Source: Rhynchobatus australiae
Taxonomy: Eukaryota
Assembly: GCA_034780895.1 (NCBI GenBank)
Contig: JAUZTB010000079.1
Span: 13,467,732 to 13,531,731, forward strand
Direction of reading: 5' to 3'
Length of the DNA stretch: 64,000 bases
The notes under the pieces are model-generated. The model did not search any database. It worked only from the letters and a program-made list of their open reading frames with translations, and was not told where the DNA came from. A program made the position numbers and the translations under genes. Within the stretch, counting starts at the first letter, position 1; each line of letters begins with the position of its first letter. This document shows positions 50,530-62,479 of the stretch, one piece after another.

Positions 50530-51950
50530 AGAAGAGGCGATATAAAATAAGTGGAAAATTTTCTAAAGTGAGTACAAATACAGAGAAATGTGGGGGTATA
50601 TGTACATAGTTCATTCAAAGTGGCAGTGCTGGTTCAGAGAGTGGTTCAAAAGGCTTTGGGGTTACTGGGCTTTAGAAATAGAAGCACGAAGTACAAGAAC
50701 GAGGAAACAAGGATGAACCTTTATCAAGCATTGGTTTGGCTGCTAGCTGTTGAGCCCAGTCTGGGCATCAAATTTTGGGAAGGATAGAACATAGAACAGA
50801 AACAGGCCCTTCAACCCACAATGGCTGTGCCAAACACGATGCCAAATTAAACTATGTGTCTTCTGCCTCCACATGATCCATGTCCCTCCATTCCCTATCT
50901 AAAAGTCTCTTAAACACCACTATTGTATCTGCTTCCATCACCAACCCTGGCAGCTATTCCAGGCACCCACCACTCAAGTAAAAAATTCGCCCCGCACATC
51001 TCCCTTAAACTTCCCCCCACAACACACACACCTTAAATGAATGTCCTCTAGTATTTGACATTTCTCCCCTGAGGAAAAGGTTCTGTCTACCCCATCTATA
51101 TCTTTTATAATTTTATAAAGATATGAAGACTTCTTTATTCTTCTGAATTCCAGTGAGTATTGTATGTCCTCCCCATGTCTGCGTGGGTTTCCTCCGGGTG
51201 CTCCGGTTTCCTCCCACATTCCAAAGACGTACGGGTTAGGAAGTTNNNNNNNNNNNNNNNNNNNNNNNNNNNNNNNNNNNNNNNNNNNNNNNNNNNNNNN
51301 NNNNNNNNNNNNNNNNNNNNNNNNNNNNNNNNNNNNNNNNNNNNNTTTCCTCCGGGTGCTCCGGTTTCCTCCCACATTCCAAAGACATACAGGTTAGGAA
51401 GTTGTGGGTGTGCTATGTTGGCACCAGAAATGTGGCAACACTTGTGAGCTGCCCCCAGAACACTCTATTCAAAATGATGCATTTCACTGTATGTTTCAAT
51501 GTACATGTGACTAGAATGTACATAGAAACATAGATAGAAACATAGAAACTTTGGAGAGTGATTTACCAAAACGATTCCGGGGATGATGGACTATAGTTCC
51601 ATGGATAGACTGGAGAAACTGGCAGAGGGGAGATTGCAACCAGATCTGACTGAGGTTAATTAAGGACTCAGACAGAGTGCATGTGTAAAACTGTTCCAAT
51701 TGACCAAGGGTCGAGAACAAGAGAACATGGAATGAAGGTGATTGGTAAAAGAAGCCATGTAACATGGAGAGATTTTCAAGCAGCGAATGGTATGGGTCTG
51801 GAAAGCACTGTCAGGGGTATCACTGAGGCAGATTCAACTGCAGGGTTTAGAAGGGAGCAGGATAGATGTCAGAATTTGCTGGGGGGGGGGGTGAGGACGG
51901 GCTGGAATGAGCCGGTACAAACTCCACAGGGCGAGTGGCCTCTTCTGTCC
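50530..51950. mobile_element. Nested block: old CR1 (+) interrupted at ~50785 by a CR1 3' end (-, ~50786-51115) and a V-SINE (+, ~51160-51515, spanning a gap), resuming at ~51549
   Basis: ttttgggaaggat | ... | ctttggagag continuity; V-domain text on both sides of the gap. Confidence 0.75.
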
Positions 51951-52349
51951 AAGAACCGATCCGAGGTTCTGTTAAAAATGTGAATCGGCAATTTCAAGAG
52001 AGTACTTTAAATGCAGTGTTTAGTAACGCGTGTGCGGATACCAGGGGGTGAATGGGAATGGGTGGGGTGCATGCGGAGGTAAGGGCTTGGTCTCTTGCCG
52101 GGGCAGTGACCCGTAATTCTTTCCAATTTGATTTCGCACGGTGAGTCGGTTACCACCAATTAGCATCAGGTACCTGAGCAGAGCAGTGTGGAGGTTATTT
52201 GGGGGTAATTGTGGTCGAGAATTTTATACTTTTGTTCGTCCGTTGTTCACAAAATTTAAATGAACTCCTCTTGCCTTCGGGACCTCACCATGTTGTATCA
52301 GTGAGACCATCATTTTATCGTCGGGGTTCTCGATTAGCGGTGGCGGTAG

Positions 52350-55340
52350 CAGATTGCGTGAGAGGAATTGCCCCGGGAAAAGCTGCAGCAGGCAAATTCA
52401 GGGCGAGGGTGGTGAGTTCAATACAATCAATAAATGCCACATTCCAACTGCACAGAGTTACTCTTCGTGCATCATTCATACAACTTGCGTATTATTCACA
52501 TCAAGTCAAATTGTATTAAAGGAATCTGCTCAGTCTCTAATACGGATATTTACGTTGCCTCTCCCCTTCCCTTGGACCGAAAGTTTTATTATCTCTGCCA
52601 ACATAATTAAAACCTATTCATTGCAGACGTTAGCTAAAACAATTCCGCCTCATATGTGAAAATCATACTTAATTATGCAATAGTTACATTTCTTTACTTG
52701 TGAAGTTTATATTTGCCTTCGAAAGTCCTCTTTAAGGCTGATTTTGAGAAGATTCCCGTCATTATGCTATTTTAAAAAAATCTATTGGACATTCGCAAAA
52801 TGTACACCTGTTCGCCCGGAGTAATCGCGTGACTGCCATTATGTGTAACCACACACGAGTTTTGAAAGAGGCGGGGGCTTCGCAACGGTGAATGATCATT
52901 ACAAGTTCCAGCACTGAAGAGGGTGAAAGGTTAACATAGTTCTGCTGACCCCGGTGAGATGGCATGTTACGTGCGGCTGAGAGGCAGAATACACTTGCGT
53001 GCGAAATGGAGATGAAGATACGGGATGTCATAGGAGCGGGAAGGACAGCTTCAGGTCTCTTGCGTCCAGTCACGCAACAGACCAAGGCTAACACAGATGA
53101 GTCCCATGAGATCGAAACACAAAAGGGTTTGGAATGTATTACAGAACAAGAACGGTTATTACTTTCAAACTACATTTCATCTTAAATCAATTCCAGTATC
53201 ATTTCCAAACACATTAAGTGCTGAACATGAGATAGAATGTTTGCGTACTGCCCATTAAAAAAATATTTTGATCTGGGTAATGAATCAAATATAAATGCGA
53301 GGTATTTTCGTGTGAAAGTATACACTAAAAGTTGAAAGAAAATACTAGTTTCCCTCGGTGACGGCAGTGAGCTGCTGTGAGATTCACATTTCAATGGACT
53401 GTTAAAAGTTAGCGGGAGGGTTTTCAATGAAGAGAACTCGGATAGTAGCGGCGGTGGGAGGTGTTTAATTAATTTGCAGAAAGCTATTTATTCCAAATCA
53501 TTTAGAGCCAGTTAAGTATCCACTGACCGAACCGTGCAAACCTTTATATTTCCATTCAGTTTAATTGCTCTTTTAAAAAAGTGCACCGGGACATTTATTT
53601 TCTTTACAAGATTGCGTGGCGAGGGTTAGAACTACAAAGATTTTCCCTCTGCTTGACCCATGGAAAACATTCCGTGTCTTCTGTGTAAAGATAATGTGTC
53701 ATCGGGCTGTTCACGCGCTTAACCGGTGTCTATCCTCATAACCTTTCAATCAATCCTCGGGTCAGGAGGTTACCGTTAATATCCAGGTAGCGAGTGTGCA
53801 GTCACGCAAGGGAGAGACTAATTAACGTCTCATCCGCGAAAGACTAGAGGAGTTAGACTTTATAAAAATTCCCCTGAGATTGTGGTGTTGCCTTCTTAAA
53901 CTGCGCAAGGGTACAGGCGGGCATCGGGCAGACCAAAGTACTATTTTTTTTAAAGAAAGAATACACTTTTCACGCCATTCGCTTGTTTAAACAACTACCC
54001 TCCCTTTGAGAATGAACAGCACTTAAACACGAGACCACTCTCTTCCAAATAGTTTAGCTCCAGCTCCCTTTTTGTTGCACGAGTTTAATTAATTCATAAA
54101 TAAATAAATTTGTTTTCGGGACCATTTTAATACCCAGGAGAAAAAAAGAACAGATCCCAACACTATTAGAAGTGCGTGAGAAATGTAAATAAACAGATTT
54201 TGTTTTAACAATCCAAGAGTCTTAAACCTTAGCAAATCATTAGCTTTGCATGCGATGTTCAAGTAATCACAACAGCAACCATTTATTACTTCACGCAAAG
54301 TGAGGCATCTCACGACTTCGCTCGACAAGATGTTTGCTACAAATTCCAGTCAAGCCAAAGATTAGCACTTTCATTCCGCACAAAGGAATTCTCAAACCTT
54401 GAAAATTCTGGAAGTCTGCAACAAAAGCTGAAATTGTTGGAAGCAGTCAGCAGGTTAGGCAATTTCTGTGGAAAGAGGAAACGCGTTGACCTTTCAGATC
54501 GAAAAATCTTCATTAGAACCTTTATCAACATTTTTAATCGAGCTCCCTGGTAAATACTGATACAGTTCAAAGGGAGTTTCCTTGGCAGATATTGACACAC
54601 TTGCATTTATAGTGGAGGCAGTTTAAAGAGAATGACTCTTGAAATGGAGCTCAGGGGATTTTAGAAGAACGAGAGGTGATCTTATTGTTAAATGTGCGAT
54701 TCTGAAGGAGCTCAACGGGGTAGATGCTCAGAGATTTCAGAATTAGTGGTCGTCCATTTAAGGCCGATGGGAAGAGGAATTTTTGCCCTCCATATATAGC
54801 CGACTCCTGCTCCCATTCCTTAGAATCTCATGAAAGTAAATATCATATTGGTAAATATTGCCAACTCCGAGAAAGCATGGTCTACCCATACAGATATGTA
54901 TTTAAGTCATCCTTAGTCACTTGAAAGAAATCTATACCACAATTGCAGAACATGTTGTGCAAAGAAATTATTAGAAAGTTACCCCGGAGATATTTCTGGT
55001 TGTCAGGTTGATAGACTTCTGACACCTTGCGTGTGTCTGGGGTCCGGCTGGAAAATCTTTCCGGCAGTGGGATGTCAGATGGTTTAAGTTTCCTTTACCT
55101 GAAAACAATACGGAGATCCCAAATGTAAGTGCAAACACCGGTACCATGAGTTTGCTTTACTTTATTGGACCATGTAGTGAAAGGGTTTAAAAGTTTACTG
55201 TGTTGTGAGCATGTATAACCTACATTATATTGCGTGCAAAACAGCAATCTCCTCAGCCAGGGTGAGGTGTTAAGGAAGAGGAAAAAAAAAGCATCTACCC
55301 GCTGAGGACGTGTCGAATGTAACGTATAGAGATTGCGTGA
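52350..55340. promoter_or_regulatory. Distal AHR/ARNT enhancer: cluster of xenobiotic response elements
   Basis: TNGCGTG (either strand) at 52354, 52825, 52995, 53071, 53612, 53803, 53971, 54292, 55027, 55230 and 55333. GNGCGTG at 53712 and 54172. The sequence retains CpG and lies upstream of CYP1A. Confidence 0.82.
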
Positions 55341-56199
55341 GAACCAACTATAAATTGTGCAAGCCTCCCTCGCCGAGCACTGATATGGTAATAGTCAGTC
55401 TGAAGACGTTTGCACGCTTGCCTGCAAGGGGTTTAGCGGAACCTGGAAAAGACACGCAGCTGAGTTCCGCCTTTCAGCTTTCAGTCTGACGTCCTGACAT
55501 TAAACACATTGAAATAGTTCTAAAAGGTGAGAGGAGAAACATAAAGGCAGGTAACTGTGGTAGCCTCTAATCTTATTAAGGTACAATGAAAATGCAGGTT
55601 TCACCAGAGCTGTGCTCCTTTGACCCAACAAAGTCTGGTTGTGGTGATTCATTTCCTCCATTCCCATACCAACAGTTTCTCATCAAAATAAGAATGGATT
55701 GCACGGGAAATAATTCTGCGCGTCTTTCTCGTGCAGGGGGCTTTATCTGAAGGATGTGTTTGAATTCCAAGTGATACTTTCACATAAGAAGCAAGAAAAG
55801 GCTACACGTCCCCTTGAGTCTTCCTCGCCTTTCTTTAAGATCATGGATGTTCTTCCAGCTCAACACCAAGTTTCCACTCGATCTAACATCCATTAATTCC
55901 AAAATTCTATTGAGAAAAAAAACTGAACCTCTGAACATCTAAAACTCTCTGCGGCAGAAAGTTCCAGATTCACAATTCCCTGGGTGGACTTCTCTCGATC
56001 TGAGTGCCAAATGACCGCTCCCTCAACTTGAATTTATTCCCTCTGGTTAAAGACTCAAACTAAGGAGAACGTTTTGCCAGCATAGGAAATTAAAACAAAA
56101 AACTGCTGCAAATATTCAGAAGTCATGCAACCTCTGTGGAGAAAGAACAATTAAAGTTTCCAGTCAAAGACCTTTCATTAGAACTAGGAAAAGTTTTCA

Positions 56200-57020
56200 A
56201 AATCAATGTCGAGTGTATTGTCATGTGCACAAGTACATGTGTTCTCAGGTGCAATGAAAAACTTACTTGCAGCAGCGTCACAGGCACATAGCATCATATA
56301 AACAGAATTCACAAAAACATAAACTGTACACAAATTAAACAATTTAGAACAAAAAAAAGTCCATATTAGTGCAAGTCATAGTGTTGCTAAACTTGTAGTG
56401 ATTAGGGTTGTGCAGGTTGGTTCAAGAACCAAACGATTGAAGGGAAGTAGCTGTTCTTGAACCTGGTGGTGTGGGACTTCAGGCTTCTGTACCTCCTGCC
56501 CGATGGGAGCTGTGAGAAGATGACATGGCCTGGATGGTGGGAATCTTTGATAATAATGTTGCCTTCGTGAGGTAGCACCTCCTGTAGATACTGCTGATGG
56601 TGGGGAGGGATGTGCCTGTGATGTATTGGGCAGAGTCCACTACTCTCTGCAGCTTCTTATGTTCCTGCACATTTCAAATTGCCGTACCAGACCATGATGC
56701 AACCAGTCATGATACTCTCAACATATATCTTTGCCACATACAGCTGTGGAGGCCCGATCATTGGGAGTTTTTAAGGAGGAGATTGATACTATCTAATTAG
56801 TCAAGGTATCAAGGGATATGGGGAAAAGGCTGGAAATTGGAGCTAGATAGGAATAGTTTAGTTTAGCTCATGGAGCAGACTCGGTGGGCCAAATGGCCTA
56901 CTTCTGCTCCGTTGTCTGGTGATCTTGTGAAGCCTGTTAGAGTGTTAGGTGACATACTGAACCTCCTTAACCTCCTTAACCTCCTAAGAAAGTAGAGACG
57001 TGGCCATGCATTCCTTGTGA
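56200..57020 (-). mobile_element. Rex1/Babar-like LINE 3' fragment with nested CR1 tail (~56745-56930, +)
   Basis: KKLQRVVDSAQYITGTSLPTISSIY; RLYFLRRLRRFSMSPNTLT. Confidence 0.72.
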
Positions 57021-57941
57021 TTGTGGGTTTGAAAGAATGTTTTAACTTGTAGAGAAGGGGAAGGTTTGGTGGTAACAAGGGGGGTGTTTGCGATCAGATG
57101 GAAAACAAGAGAAACTGAATGACACAAATGGTGCTGGTGCAAGCTGGAAGAGGGTGGTGAGGTTTGTTCATCGCAGGTGATCTGCTGGAAGAGATGGATG
57201 AGGACGGGGAATGGGTGGATGGGGAGAGAAAGTTATAATGCTGGACCTGTGAGATACAAAATACTTGCTCATCTGAAATACAAGAGAATGCTGGAAATAC
57301 ACAGCATCTGATGAGAGAGAAAAACAGAATTAAAGTTATTGGTTAATGATCTTTTATCACAACCAGCCTTTCTGATACAAATTGAAAAGGCCAGTTATCA
57401 GAAACTGTTGAATTCAATGTTATGTCCTGAACATGTCGAGTTGGAAGATCAGATGCTGTCCCTTAAGCTTATGTTGGGCCTCACTGGAGCAGTGTCAAAG
57501 CCCAAAGACAGAGAAGTAATAATGGGAATGAGGTAGAAAATTAGTGTCAGCAAGCTCAGGGCCACCCTTGGAAGGTGAAAGGACGTATCGTGCAATGCAG
57601 TCACCCAATCCGAATTTGTTTTCTGCAGTGTAGTGAAGATCGCATTAAGAGTACAAAATACAGGGCACTAAACTGGAAGAAATGGATTGCTGCTTCACCT
57701 GGAAGGATTGTTTGGATCCCAGAACAAAGAGAAAGAAGAGTTTAAAAAAAGGCAGCTGCATAGGAAGGTACCTCGAGAAAGAAAGTAGTTGGTGGAAATG
57801 GGAAAATAAACCATGGGATTAGGTAGTGAACAGTGACTTTGGAAAGTGAGAGGGGATGGGTGGAGAAAGTGTGTTTGATGGTGGCATTGCATTGAAGGTG
57901 GTTGAAATTAAGGATGATGCCCCATTGTATGTGGAAGCTGT

Positions 57942-58576
57942 TGGTATGGAAGGTGAGGACAAGAGAACCATCTTCTTGCAGTGGATGAGAGGGGAGGATA
58001 GAAAGCAGAGGTGTGGGANNNNNNNNNNNNNNNNNNNNNNNNNNNNNNNNNNNNNNNNNNNNNNNNNNNNNNNNNNNNNNNNNNNNNNNNNNNNNNNNNN
58101 NNNNNNNNNNNNNNNNNNNNNNNNNNNNNNNNNNNNNNNNNNNNNNNNNNNNNNNNNNNAACGGGCGGGGGTGGGGGAGGCGCACAAACGGGCAGGTGCG
58201 GGGGGAAGGTAGGTGGCTGGTTGATTGAGAGCCTGAACATCTGTGGTGGGGAGCAAGCCAAGGTTAAGGAGAAAAGCAGACATCTCAGAAGTGCTGATGT
58301 TGGGGAGTGCCATCAGGACTATCTGGATGGAGCCACTGGAACTGGAAAAATGGAATGGAATGGAGGGCTTCTGCCCTCTTCCTTTCCAGTCCTGATGAAG
58401 GGTCATGACCCAAAATGCCGACTGTTTATTTCCCTCCATGGATGCTGCCTGACCTGCTGAGTTCCTCCAGCACTTTGTCTCAGTCTTGTCCAAGCCAGTT
58501 CCCACACCTCTGCTTTCTATCCTCCCCTCTCATCCACTGCAAGAAGATGGTTCTCTTGTCCTCACCTTCCATACCA
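57942..58576. repeat. Perfect 77-nt inverted duplication (57942-58018 vs 58500-58576)
   Basis: Exact reverse complement; the left copy ends at the gap. Confidence 0.9.
58365..58480 (+). mobile_element. Penelope terminal (pLTR-like) fragment with CpG-decayed hammerhead (58387-58424)
   Basis: CAGTC-CTGATGA-AGGGTCATGACCC-AAAA-TGCC-GACTG: 5-bp stem I and stem II intact, GAAA and GTC mutated. Confidence 0.72.
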
Positions 58577-61059
58577 TCAATTCCATTACTCGAAGCAGCT
58601 AAGAGGAGGTATAGTCAAGATACTTCTGGGTGTCTGTGGGATTGTAATGGATATGCGTCACCAACTTCTCCCCTGAGGAGGAGACAGAGAAGCCAAGGAA
58701 AGGAAGAATTAGAGATGGGCTATGTGAAATGGAGAGCACAGAGACATTTGCAGAGATGAACTTCTTGTACTTTGTCCAAAAGCAGGAAGCATTATCAATA
58801 CAGTTATCATTCTACTGTAAGCAGATGAGGGAGTAGGACTGAATCAAGAGGCAGAACACCTTGGACTCGTGTGTTCTCAAAGCTATGCTTTTCATTTGGA
58901 AGGAGTGAATGAAATTTTTAAAAAGTTTTCAGTGCTGAAAAGAATTCAGCCGGGCAAAGGAAGGAGTGGACAGGTTGGCTGACTGTTCAAAGAAAAAAGA
59001 TCAAAGGGCCCTCAGACTATCCTGGTGTGGAAGATATGTAGAGGGATTGGATGTCCATGGTGAAAATGAAACTACTGGACCAGGAAACCAGAAACTGTTA
59101 AAGTGGTGGAGGGCATTCGAGGGGCTAATTAGGTAGAGACTGGAGAGACATAAAATGGAGTGAAGGTAGGAAGGATAAGTTCTATGCAAGAAGAACTTAC
59201 AACCTGAAGCAACGGGTCTACCAGGACGGGCCTGCTTGAGAACATCAGGGAGGAGATAGAGGAGGGCCGTCAGTGAATGGGGAACCTTGAGCAAGCAGCT
59301 TATCGAGTATGTGGTCTATCAAACTCGCTCTATCAACATGTTTCAATGAGATCAGATGAAGGAAGGGTGATCCCATTTAATCGTTTCGGTCATTTCAGAT
59401 GGGATTGTGCCTTCCAGGTAAGGGGCTGAAGGGGAGCTGAGAATATTAACGTGTTCTTCCCGACCTCCATTACAAGATGACACCACTGAGGAGGTACTTC
59501 CCTTTCCCGGGAAGAGGAATTGGGTCGAGAGTCTGTGGTCAAGTTTTGCCGTTCAGACCTTTACTCTCATATCAACAAGTGAAAATAAAACACCGGCTAA
59601 AGGCAAGAAGATAAATAAGATGTATCATGTCCTTGCAATCCTACAACGTCTCTGCCCTTTGCACGTATTTATTACCTTTGTAAACTATCTTTAATTTTGA
59701 TCCCGTTACCCGATAGTTCTGTGTACAGAGGTTTTTTTTCCATCTAACTCAAAAAAACTTGCTTGGTTTTCACGAAAGGTCCACTGAACTGTGCTTCAAA
59801 TTCTTACTAATTGCTAATCTGTTTTAACTGCCATATTAAAATGCGTTTTCTACACGCCACGTGTATTAGAAATTCTCCCACCTGCCAGCGTAATGCTTTC
59901 ATTTAACAGGGGTAATTTACTGATCATCAGCGTTCTAACTCAATAATAGCGAACGTGCATTTATTTGTAACAACACGAAGAGCGGAAATTAATTTTTGAC
60001 GGGAAAAGAGACAAGCTTAAATTCTGAACTATAAATCCGACAAATCGAGTCTCCAGTCGGTTTTGGACACTTTCAAATGATCATTCTCAAGCGGTTAATA
60101 GTTGATCGAATTTTTACTCAATTTGCCTGTTTTCAGGTGATTTTATGTTTTAAATCAATTGAAACCTGTTTAATTAGTAGGGCCCAGTCACATTCACAGA
60201 TTGGCGACAAATTCGGGCGTTCGCTGCTAATTTCAATACGTAGTAGAGAGATCAATAATTTTCTCTGTCATTTGTGAATCTTCCTTTCCCACCAGCTTTG
60301 AGAAGAAACGGTCGACTCACATCATGTAATTTGCAAGTCACTTCAGAGTATCCACGCCCATTTGAAGTCAATTTACCAAATCTTCAGGTGAGTGGAATAT
60401 CGCAATGCGTGCATAAAGCAATAGAAATTAATAGCTCGCTGATATAATAATTATGCCAATCTGTAACTCGTACAAAGATTTCAATACCGATGGAAATGTT
60501 GCGAGAAGATGCATTTCGGTCAGCCAAGATTGTTCTCTTCAGAGTTTTGGCAAGCACTAGAATTCCACAAATCATCTGGACTACCTCCGCAAAATATGTT
60601 TACAAATTTATTTTACCTTTTGGAGCCCTCTTGGGGGAAAAAAAAACAAAGGAATAGGTGACAATAAGATATACCAAACTTCTGACAAGTGTCTTCATTT
60701 TACGTAGTTCTTCTTGATCACAAGTTACTCGCAATTAAACTCCCGTGCGGGTTTGCAAATTATTCTCTCAGTTAAATGAAATGTGATTATCTCTAGGTGT
60801 GCGCGATATTTTATTTTCACTCGTTTTAAACTTGAGGACAGGTGGATTCCTTTTAAATGACTAATTTCCTTGGTAATCGTTTGTTGGAGTGATTTTGTTT
60901 ACACAAGTCTCTATACTTGCACATAATGTAAGCTTTCTAGAGTAGGCATATAACAGAGGTTGTAATAGGAGAACTTCACTACATCTTGTACTCAGAGCGG
61001 GAGCATTAAAGGACACTTGCTTCGGTTTCTCTGGAGAAGTTGGTGACGAGCAGTCTTAT

Positions 61060-62150
61060 TAAACTGCTAGAGTCTCTGTCCCACTACCTTGTTGGGTCGA
61101 GATTTCCAGGATTTTACCCCAGCTATCATGAAGGAAAATGATGCTGTGCTTCCAATTGCCTGATTTGGAGGAGGTCATGAAAGTGTTGGTACTTCCATGC
61201 ACCTGTCGCCCTTGTCCTTCAAGGTGGTGGAGGTTGAAAGTTTTGGAGGTGCTGTCAAAGGAGCTCCAGCAAGTTGCTTCAATACATGGAACACGATGCA
61301 GTCTACAGTACAACAAGGTAGGAGGGAATGTGCAGTATGGCTAATCAAGTGGGCTTCTTTTTCCTGGATGGTGTGATGTTTCCCAAGAATTATTGGAGCT
61401 ACATTCATCTAGGTAATGGGAGAGTATTTCACTGAATCGTTGACTTGTGAAAACAGGTGAGGTGAAAACTTTAGGAGTTGAGAGGAGAATCATTCAGTGC
61501 AAAATATCTAGGCTCTGACCCAGTCTAATACTGACAATATTTNNNNNNNNNNNNNNNNNNNNNNNNNNNNNNNNNNNNNNNNNNNNNNNNNNNNNNNNNN
61601 NNNNNNNNNNNNNNNNNNNNNNNNNNNNNNNNNNNNNNNNNNCTCTGACCCAGTCTAATACTGACAATATTTGAGGCTGGTCAAATTAAGGTTCTGGCCA
61701 GAGCTGTGGCCCGCATCACATCACTCCACAAAACATTGGTACTGGGGGATTTAATGTGATGTTGGAAGGGAAGGAGGATAGTTTCTGTTGTTGGCATTGG
61801 TGTTTGCCTGGCACTTCCACAGTGTGAATGTTACTTGCCACCTTTCAGGGCAGGCTGATGTACTATCTGGGTCTTGTTACATCTGGGTATGGCCTGCTTC
61901 ATTTGAATCTTAATTTCAATCTCATTAATGATGTAATGTCACATTGTCTGTATTGTTGTTTGTTTCATAAGGGTAGTGTAAAAAGAGAGCCACAGTTGAT
62001 TTTGTCCCATTTTGGTTTCACTTGGGCAACACAACATTGTGTCCTACACATAACTGCAGAGGTCTCAGCCCATTGAGAGCACCCGTGATAGCTGGGTACC
62101 ATGGAGTGTGGATTCCAGAAACACTGAAGAAAACTGAGTTGGTTGGAAAG
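61060..62150 (-). mobile_element. Decayed non-LTR retroelement fragments
   Basis: Frameshifted LINE C-terminal-like peptides (HTIQEKEAHLI; WSSFDSTSKT). Family not determined. Confidence 0.4.
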
Positions 62151-62395
62151 ATTTTATTTTGCTTCTGCTTGGTATATTTCCTACTAAGCTTCAATTAAGT
62201 TTCCTATCAAGAGTGCCCACAAAAGAGCATATTTGGTGATCCTAGAGCAACCCAGTGCATCTTTCCTCAATCAATTGAGGCTTAGTCTATTAAGATCATA
62301 CATTAGCAAGGCACATCTGAGTTGGAATAAAAGGCAGAAAAGGTTTTAAAAAAACATAATGGTGTAATTGAAAATCTGTTGGGGATGCCCCACTC

Positions 62396-62431
62396 GTATC
62401 TGGTCCTACACATGTATCTGGTCCTACACAT
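62396..62431 (+). repeat. 18-bp tandem duplication gtatctggtcctacacat x2
   Basis: Direct reading. Confidence 0.9.
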
Positions 62432-62479
62432 GTATTGCATATTTATAGCCATTGTGACTGGGTGTAATTGGAGCCTAAC

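Larger units (their letters stand above)
57270..59300 (-). mobile_element. Decayed Penelope-like element (RT + GIY-YIG remnants)
   Basis: Frameshifted peptides LYLLPDVLKQARPGRPVASGC, LPHQDSLRAL, TSEMSAFLLNLG, LVLTFHTNSFHIQ and CDLHYTAENKFGLGDCIA resemble PLE RT and endonuclease motifs (YLLPKIHK..GRPIVS; IPHQDGL; LVLTFHP; YIGETKRRLGDRF). Confidence 0.82.

Noticed and set aside
57742-58505. Long ORFs spanning N-runs
   Set aside because: Inflated by X codons; composed of frameshifted Penelope remnants.
61513-61672. 30-bp direct repeat on both sides of a gap
   Set aside because: Identical contig-end overlap; typical scaffolding artefact.
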